Shown here one piece after another: positions 55,735 through 64,000 of a stretch of 64,000 nt of DNA. Origin of the DNA: Welwitschia mirabilis (Eukaryota); NCBI GenBank assembly GCA_051453625.1, contig JBOZIK010000001.1:20715865-20779864 (forward strand). The letters are read 5' to 3'. The stretch's first letter is position 1. Each line of letters begins with the position of its first letter. The notes beneath the pieces were generated by a model. It was not told the DNA's origin. It saw nothing but the letters and a program-made list of their open reading frames with translations, and did not search any database. The position numbers and the translations under genes were made by a program.

Positions 55735-56790
55735 ATTATGATGTCAGACTTAGGGAAAGGCAAGTGTGATTTTAGGCCTAGAAGACAGGCAAGTATGACA
55801 TAAGATCTTGAAGTTGACAACTATGACGTTGGGCTTAGGAATAGAAAACTGTAATGTTAAGCCTAGGAGATAGGCAAGTATGATNNNNNNNNNNNNNNNN
55901 NNNNNNNNNNNNNNNNNNNNNNNNNNNNNNNNNNNNNNNNNNNNNNNNNNNNNNNNNNNNNNNNNNNNNNNNNNNNNNNNNNNNNNNNNNNNNNNNNNNN
56001 NNNNNNNNNNNNNNNNNNNNNNNNNNNNNNNNNNNNNNNNNNNNNNNNNNNNNNNNNNNNNNNNNNNNNNNNNNNNNNNNNNNNNACCTTGAAGATGAAA
56101 TTTACAATGATAGGGCTTCCAAATATGACATTGGACTTTGTGACCAAGTGCAATATCAGCCTTTGAACTACAACATTGGCCTTCAATGTGACATTAAATT
56201 TCTATGGCCAAGTGCAATGTTAGCCTGTAACTGTGATGTCATACTTCTATAGTTAGATGTAATATATGCCTCTAAGTGTGATGTCAACCTCCAATTATAA
56301 TGTCATACTTTTTGTCTAACTATGACATTCACCTCTAAGTATAACATCAAACTTCTATGACTAGGTGTAACATTAGCCTCAAAGTACAATGTCACTCTCT
56401 GAGTGTGATGTTGGAGTCCTATGGTCAAATGTAATATTAAACTTTAACTATGATGTCAGATTTCTATGACTTAGTGTAATGTTGGCCTCTAAGTATGATG
56501 TGGGACATTTATGTCTAAGTTTGATGTCAAACTCTAACTATAATGTTATACTTATATGGCCACGTATGATGTTGACCTTCGAGGATCACATCAACCTCTA
56601 AGGATGAAGTCAAACTTCTATGTCCAAGTGCAATATTAGTCTCTAAGTATGATGTTAGACTTTTGTGACCAAATGCGATGTTAAACTTCAAGTATGACAT
56701 TAGACTTTTGTGGTCAAGTATAACATCAGACTCTAATTATGATGTTGGATATGGAACCTTCAACTATGACTTTATACTTGTGAATCAACT
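55735..56790. repeat. Degenerate minisatellite: ~28-bp units left of the gap, ~45-bp (26+19) units right of it
   Basis: Recurrent aagt(a/g)tgatgt(c/t)ag core, e.g. at 56645 and 56690. Confidence 0.85.
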
Positions 56791-59708
56791 ATTATATTAG
56801 GTCAGTACCAAGTTTAATATGGGGTGTGGAACCCTTATCTACGTTTAACTAAACTTATAGTAAGGTTGGAATAGGATCTTTACTTAGTTAACTTAACCAT
56901 AGTTGTTTCTTTACTAAAGTTAAAAAACCATTTTAACCCTAAATCTTTTATTATTAATAGGGTTGGCCTTTTTATTTTTCAATTAATTTAACATATTGAT
57001 GATCTAACCCCCATCTTTTATGTTCATTGCTATTTTATTTCTTTTCTTTTTCTCCTTTTTTAAATCCTTTTTATATTATTATCATGGGCCTTTTCTTGAT
57101 GGATTCTTTTCTTTATAGGCAAGATTAGAATGTATCTTTCTAAAAGCTTCTTAGGCTAACCACTTTTTCTTCTTTAACCTTTCTTGTTTGCTATTTAAGA
57201 TATGGTCCAATGACATTTTCCTTATAATTCTTAGAATTTCACCAATTTTCATTTTCTTGAATTGGAGATTCAAGAGAGGGCTTCATGTTTGTGGTTTTCT
57301 TAGGTGTTTGCCTCAAATCTAACTAATCTTTGTTTTTATTTCTTTTATCTTTAGCATCCTACTATCTTATATATTTTAGATCTTTTGTATTCCTCCTTAG
57401 ATCCTCAAAATAATACCATCTTACTTCTTTTTTTTTTCTTTTTTTTTTAATTAGAGTATTCATTTAGCCTCTAGATTGATGAGGGAATAGCATTCCCTTT
57501 AAGGTGACTCATTTAAATTCTAACTTTAGAGATTTCTTAGCCAATAATTAGATGAATTTGTTTTTTTAAGAGAAGTAGATATCCAAAGGCATGATGTAGA
57601 CACTGCCAATTTTGTAACTCCTTATTATATCACTTATGACTAATTGATTGCATTTCATACCTTCTTACATGATTGCACTAGCGAAATCCCTCATTACATC
57701 ATCTACTTAACTTCTTTTATTATTAGAAATATTTCTTTTAATCGAGCCACTACTATTTACTTTTAATGCTAACCCAACTCCTTTGTCTTAAAAGGTGTAG
57801 AGATAGAAGGAAGTGTTTCTTTGGTTACATGCTCTTAGAACTGTACTTTATAAGTACTACACCAAGAAGTCTAGAACTATTTTTTCCTTCTTTAGTTAAT
57901 CCTTCATTTTTTTTGACCCTAGATAATGTACCCTACTAATTCTTAATTCACTCATGCTCTTATACTGTAATGGAAGGAGAAGATTTAGGTTTGCATGATC
58001 TTGGGAATTCTTATGAGTTTACTTTCATTATTTTTATTTTATCTGAGGTAGGGATTTTAGATACTATTTTTTTATGATCATCTAATATCAATTATAGATT
58101 TTTTTTATTTATCTAGATAAATAAAGTAACTACTTCTAGTTCATGGGACTCTTCATGTTGTCACAAGGACAAAGAGGTAATCCAGCCAATCCTTGTGTGG
58201 TAACTAAGGAATATTCACTCCTTAGATTTTGCCACCTTACTTAGACTAGTGAGATGAGCTTTATTCATTATTTTTTATGCTATTTCTTTTATTTACTTAT
58301 TTTCTTCTAATAGGAAGTAGTTGCTTTAATTTGCAAAAGTTCAAAAACTTTACCTATCGTGAATGAGGAGGAGGTAGAATTTACTCTCTTGCATGCTTTA
58401 AAGAATCTAAAATAACTAAGAGAGCAAGTAATTATAGTGAGTGATTCCATAATCTTATTTTCCTTTAGCTTCTTAAGATTACTTTCTTACTTATGCCTAG
58501 AACCTAATAGTGATCTTTTGAATTTTTATGATCTATCATCCTAGGGAACATGTCTTATTCCACTTTCCATTTTCCTTCTTTGATACTATAAGATCTACTA
58601 ATTATGAGATAGGCTCTACAGTCCTTTTCTTACCCTCCTCTTATACCTTGAAGTATATTTAGTAAGGTAGGATACTCCATTCATTAGGCTAATTATATAC
58701 TCTTGATGCTTGAGTTCCTCTCCCCATGGGTTAAGGAGTTAATAGATGAAACTAAATAGTTTTAAGTTCTTTAAGACTAACTGAAAAGTTTTAAGTTCTT
58801 CGAGACTTACTTCATACTGAAGTGACTCATCCTTCACATCTAGATGATGTTTACTCTTTTGTCATTCTCATGCTAATAGTTCATGATTATGAACAAAGAC
58901 GAAGGGGCTATTTCATACTTCATTGTACAACTTAACGAGAGTGGTTGTAGTAGGTGAAGGATTTTCACAATATTATGGATATGTTAAAGTCCTTCTATTA
59001 CACGGCCCATCATGGAGTCAAGCAGTAGGAGAGAGCTAATTATACCAATTGTATACTTTAAGTAATATAGCTTTTTATTTTCTATTTTTTTAAATATATG
59101 TTTAAATATATATTTTTACATCTGGATTAATTCTCTTTCCTCTTATAAAAGGAAGTATAAAATATGTTATTTTTTGATAATAAATCAAGGATGGATGCCT
59201 CCTAATTAGCTATAGTAGAGGTTTAGAATATCCAAATTTTAGCATAATTAACAAAGAGTAAGCAAATGATTTAGATTTGTGCAACTTAACTAGCTATTAC
59301 TATAGATGATATTATAGTAATATACCATGTGGAAAGTTGTCTTGGAAGAACTTGTTGAGTACCTTAGTGGCTTATAGTAAGCTTTACATGAAGTTGTACC
59401 AAATGACTTATCTAATTTCTTCTAAATCTATAAAGGATTTCTCATCTTTGGATTTAGTGGATTAGGCTACTTTTATTATTCCTCAGCTCTCTTTAGTGGA
59501 TGCTAATTTGACTAGTGTAGAATAGGTTATCGATCCCATGAAAGGCCAAGAGCCTAATCTATGTTAGTTTGATGATTTACATCCTTCTAGAAGGCTTGAC
59601 TTTTTTTTTTCCTATTGCTATTTAGATATTGGTTTTTAGATCCTTATAGCTCATGATCTTCCTAATTTGGTTGTACTAGATTTTAATAATAATAATAGAT
59701 AATTGGGT

Positions 59709-59784
59709 ACTTCTCTCCCTCTTCCTCTCCCTCTTCCTCTCCCTCTCTCTCCCTTTCTCCGTCTCCCTACTTCCCTCCCTTTCT
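59709..59784. repeat. CT-rich simple repeat running into a gap
   Basis: (ctctcc/ctcttc)n. Confidence 0.9.
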
Positions 59785-61269
59785 NNNNNNNNNNNNNNNN
59801 NNNNNNNNNNNNNNNNNNNNNNNNNNNNNNNNNNNNNNNNNNNNNNNNNNNNNNNNNNNNNNNNNNNNNNNNNNNNNNNNNNNNNNNNNNNNNNNNNNNN
59901 NNNNNNNNNNNNNNNNNNNNNNNNNNNNNNNNNNNNNNNNNNNNNNNNNNNNNNNNNNNNNNNNNNNNNNNNNNNNNNNNNNNNNNNNNNNNNNNNNNNN
60001 NNNNNNNNNNNNNNNNNNNNNNNNNNNNNNNNNNNNNNNNNNNNNNNNNNNNNNNNNNNNNNNNNNNNNNNNNNNNNNNNNNNNNNNNNNNNNNNNNNNN
60101 NNNNNNNNNNNNNNNNNNNNNNNNNNNNNNNNNNNNNNNNNNNNNNNNNNNNNNNNNNNNNNNNNNNNNNNNNNNNNNNNNNNNNNNNNNNNNNNNNNNN
60201 NNNNNNNNNNNNNNNNNNNNNNNNNNNNNNNNNNNNNNNNNNNNNNNNNNNNNNNNNNNNNNNNNNNNNNNNNNNNNNNNNNNNNNNNNNNNNNNNNNNN
60301 NNNNNNNNNNNNNNNNNNNNNNNNNNNNNNNNNNNNNNNNNNNNNNNNNNNNNNNNNNNNNNNNNNNNNNNNNNNNNNNNNNNNNNNNNNNNNNNNNNNN
60401 NNNNNNNNNNNNNNNNNNNNNNNNNNNNNNNNNNNNNNNNNNNNNNNNNNNNNNNNNNNNNNNNNNNNNNNNNNNNNNNNNNNNNNNNNNNNNNNNNNNN
60501 NNNNNNNNNNNNNNNNNNNNNNNNNNNNNNNNNNNNNNNNNNNNNNNNNNNNNNNNNNNNNNNNNNNNNNNNNNNNNNNNNNNNNNNNNNNNNNNNNNNN
60601 NNNNNNNNNNNNNNNNNNNNNNNNNNNNNNNNNNNNNNNNNNNNNNNNNNNNNNNNNNNNNNNNNNNNNNNNNNNNNNNNNNNNNNNNNNNNNNNNNNNN
60701 NNNNNNNNNNNNNNNNNNNNNNNNNNNNNNNNNNNNNNNNNNNNNNNNNNNNNNNNNNNNNNNNNNNNNNNNNNNNNNNNNNNNTCTTCATTAACTATGA
60801 TATTAATTATAATGTTCCAAATTACTGAATTAGGATTGAAGTTTAAATTTAATGAGGAACATTAGAAATTAAAAAATAAATACTTTGATAACATATCACT
60901 TAGGTAGAAATGAATTATCTCTTTATTAAAATAGTAAGAATTTATCTTCCACACCTTATTCTACAATTGGACTAATGGTCAAAGGTAAATATATGGACTA
61001 TGACCTTAGCCCCTCTCTTGGGGCCCTTGGAAATTAGCCAAGGTTGTCATCAGCTACATCCATCCAAACTCTTTTCCATTCTTTCCCTTTCCCTCCCTCA
61101 AATCCTTCCACCTCTTTTCCTTAGTAACTTAATGCCATTGTCTTAAAAACTAAGATAAAGAAACACAATGTTACAATTAAAGGGTTGCATTCTTTTATTA
61201 CTTAGTACTTATATTGAAGTAGATATTAATCACACTTAACAAATAATCACTTAATCATTTAAACATTAT

Positions 61270-63616
61270 AATCATCCTAGTAATGGCCTACATTCATATC
61301 ACCCTATAGAACTAGTAGTCAGCATCGGCATATATGGCGTTTACAAAACCTAAGTATATGGCTACTAATAGCTGTGTTACTTAGGTTCTTTGAATTCATT
61401 ATATTCTAAAAGATTTAGATATTCATGGGTCTATAACACCCATATTTTATAATTAAATCCAATGTCATTAATATCTCTAAAAATCCTATCCTTTATTCTT
61501 ATGCTATACATATTGATATCTAACATTATTTTATTAGATACTATGTATAAAGTAAGAACATTCATCTAGAGTATTTTCCCATTATATAATAACCTGTTGA
61601 TATTCTAACTAAACCTCTCTTTCAAGATAGATTTATCTCTTTATGCAAATATCTCAATCTTGGGATTTTTCTTAAATCCTTACTTTTTCTTTCCAATTTT
61701 CATGTACTTTATGCTAGGGTGATAATAAGTCACACCATTATACTATACTTACAAAATATTAAAATCCTAGTGGAAACCTAGATGGATGTTCTTACCTTAA
61801 AAATCAAGATCTACTATTCAAAAAGGAGAGGAAAAATAAAGTCACCCTTTGAAAATTTATTCTTACTTATTTCTTACTTTCTTTGTTGTTCTACATTTTT
61901 TTGTATAGAACTAGAGCTCAAGCTAGGATTCTTGAGTCTGTTAAGGAGCTTTCATACCTCCTTGCATGATTTTTTGTGCTTTTGAATGTGCTTTATTTGC
62001 ATTCTTATCAGATCTCTTTATTAGATTTACATTTTATAGTTTTCTTTTTATTTTGCATGCNNNNNNNNNNNNNNNNNNNNNNNNNNNNNNNNNNNNNNNN
62101 NNNNNNNNNNNNNNNNNNNNNNNNNNNNNNNNNNNNNNNNNNNNNNNNNNNNNNNNNNNNTCTTCTCGCTCCATTACATAAACTTCTTTTTTGAGAGGAC
62201 AGTTACTAGATCTGTGGCCTAGTTGATTGTACTTAAAGCACTTCGCTGAGATCAGTCTAGCATAGGGATCAAGGGATTTTGGCATTTCTTTTACATCTGC
62301 TACCTTCTGTTTACCAGCAGATCTATCCTCCTTATTCCTACTTTCCTAGAGTACCTTGCCTTTATCATTAGAAGTTGTAGTCTTATAAGTATCACAACCA
62401 TAATTCCTATGAGGATATTCTGCCTTACTTCTTTATTGCATCAATTGTTTAGCCCTTAAAGCTAAGTGATGAGCTTCAGATAAAATTCTCATCAACTGCA
62501 CTTAAATTCTATCTTTAATGGCTAGTTTTAAACCCTTCAAAAATCTGGCTACCTATTGCCCTTCGTTCTCTTTCAAGTCATTCCTTATTACTAGCATTGT
62601 GAACTCTGCATAGTATTCATGTACAGTTCTCTGACCATGTTGAAATCTCTAATACTAATGAAATAGGACCTATTCATAATCAAGAGGAAGATATTCATTG
62701 ATCAATAACTGCCTCATTCTTCTCCACGTTCTAATAGGTGCTTTGCCTTCACGTGTTATTTTAAACTGCACCCTCTCCCACTAAGCAGAAGTGCATTTCT
62801 TTAGCCTGCATGCAACCAACTTAATCCTTATCTCTCCTGGGACCTTCATATACTTAAACAAATGGTCTATGTCTGCGATCTAATCAAGGAAACCTTCAAT
62901 ATTCAGATTAGCATGAAAGTAAAGAATATCTACCTTTAATTTGTATTCTATTTTTCTTACACCCTGATCATTTCTTTTGTAGCATGCATTCCTTCCATGA
63001 GGTTTTTTCAAATACTCATCATCGTCCTCCTTTAAGTTATCTACCATTTCAACCCATCTTTGACATCTATGAACTTAAGGAGCATGTCTGATGATAGGCT
63101 GCTTGTGGCCTACACCACCACCAGGCACTCTTCTGCTATCATTCTAGTTCCTGTTGGGATCATCAAGTCATGCCTCCAGTTGATCAAGAATCTCTTCTAA
63201 GTAATCAAAACGTTCATCATGATGTTAAGGCTTATCAATCTGTTTAACCCAAAGTACTAACACGTCGATCTCCACCCTAAAATTTAAGGTCTTAGCCCTT
63301 CGATTATCATTAAAACGACCACCGCTAACTCTTCCTTGACTACTTAACGTTAAGCCGTCAAGAAAACCTACTCTGATACTAAACTAACAGAGCAAGAAAG
63401 CATTTAATAGTCACTTTAAGGGTAATTAGCCTCCAAATACAAGAATCTAAGTCTTTGTATTTTTCTTTTTTAAAACAATACATAAGCCACTTATTTATAA
63501 AACATAAGTCCTTTCAATAGAAATCCCTAAATAATGTAGGACTAAAGAAAAAGTAGGAAAATAATAATATATGCTAAATAGTAAAATATAAAAATAAAAC
63601 TATGGAGGTCACATCA
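61270..63616 (-). mobile_element. CRM-like chromovirus 5' part: LTR, PBS, gag and decayed start of pol
   Basis: KVDILYFHANLNIEGFLD, KLVACRLK...W, TWRRMRQLL..YLPLDYE and QRTVHEYYAEF; zinc knuckle CFKYNQLGHRSSNC (~62200-62240). PBS reverse complement actctgatact (63370-63380). Putative LTR 63385-63616 ending catca. Confidence 0.85.
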
Positions 63617-64000
63617 GTTCACCCTTCTTAACTGGGCTTGGCCCCATTCATAAAGTCACTGATAGTACATTCTATATCACATTGGCTTTTGGAATCATTT
63701 GAAGTGTGAGAATCATCAAGCACCATCTTCTTGAACTTTGAAGGAAAAAAAGAAAACAAAAAAAAAAAAAAAGAAAAAAAGAAGAACTCGCAAGATCTCC
63801 ATTTTTATTATCAAAGATTTCTACAAAGTGAAAATCTCACCTCGTAAGTGCCAATAAAGATCCTCCATTAAATCATGCTAGTCCACTTCATATTTTTTAA
63901 TCAAGGTGTAATATGTTATAACCTTGGCATTTACAAAGTTTCTTTTACACACTTTGGTAAGAGATTAGTTATTATCATTGTTGTAAATAAACTTTTATGC

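Noticed and set aside
57000..59700. Possible extra-ORF or gene remnants
   Set aside because: No recognisable motif or sustained reading frame.

Overview
This is AT-rich plant nuclear DNA from a gapped short-read scaffold, almost entirely old, mutationally decayed and nested retroelements. None of the supplied ORFs is an intact gene. The only host coding sequence I can support is the terminal exon of an M18 aspartyl aminopeptidase (6887-6995, +), which the ORF track misses; its preceding intron appears to run off the left edge. Downstream lie an RTE LINE and a copia carrying a small nested LTR element. A ~26.5-kb nest follows: a Tekay-like chromovirus (16200-42669, -) that splits a LINE with an RTEX-like C-terminal zinc finger. 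Its long 5' leader holds a 71-bp tandem array, a SIRE/Maximus-like copia and a pol-less Athila-like element. Further right are a second Athila-like element, 90-bp and 45/28-bp tandem arrays, and a CRM-like gag. I found no convincing novel functional system. The most interesting signals are the split RTEX-like LINE, the recurrent tandem arrays upstream of gag, and palindromic CpG repeat cores showing two-strand deamination. All assignments are by eye from motif recall; no searches were run.
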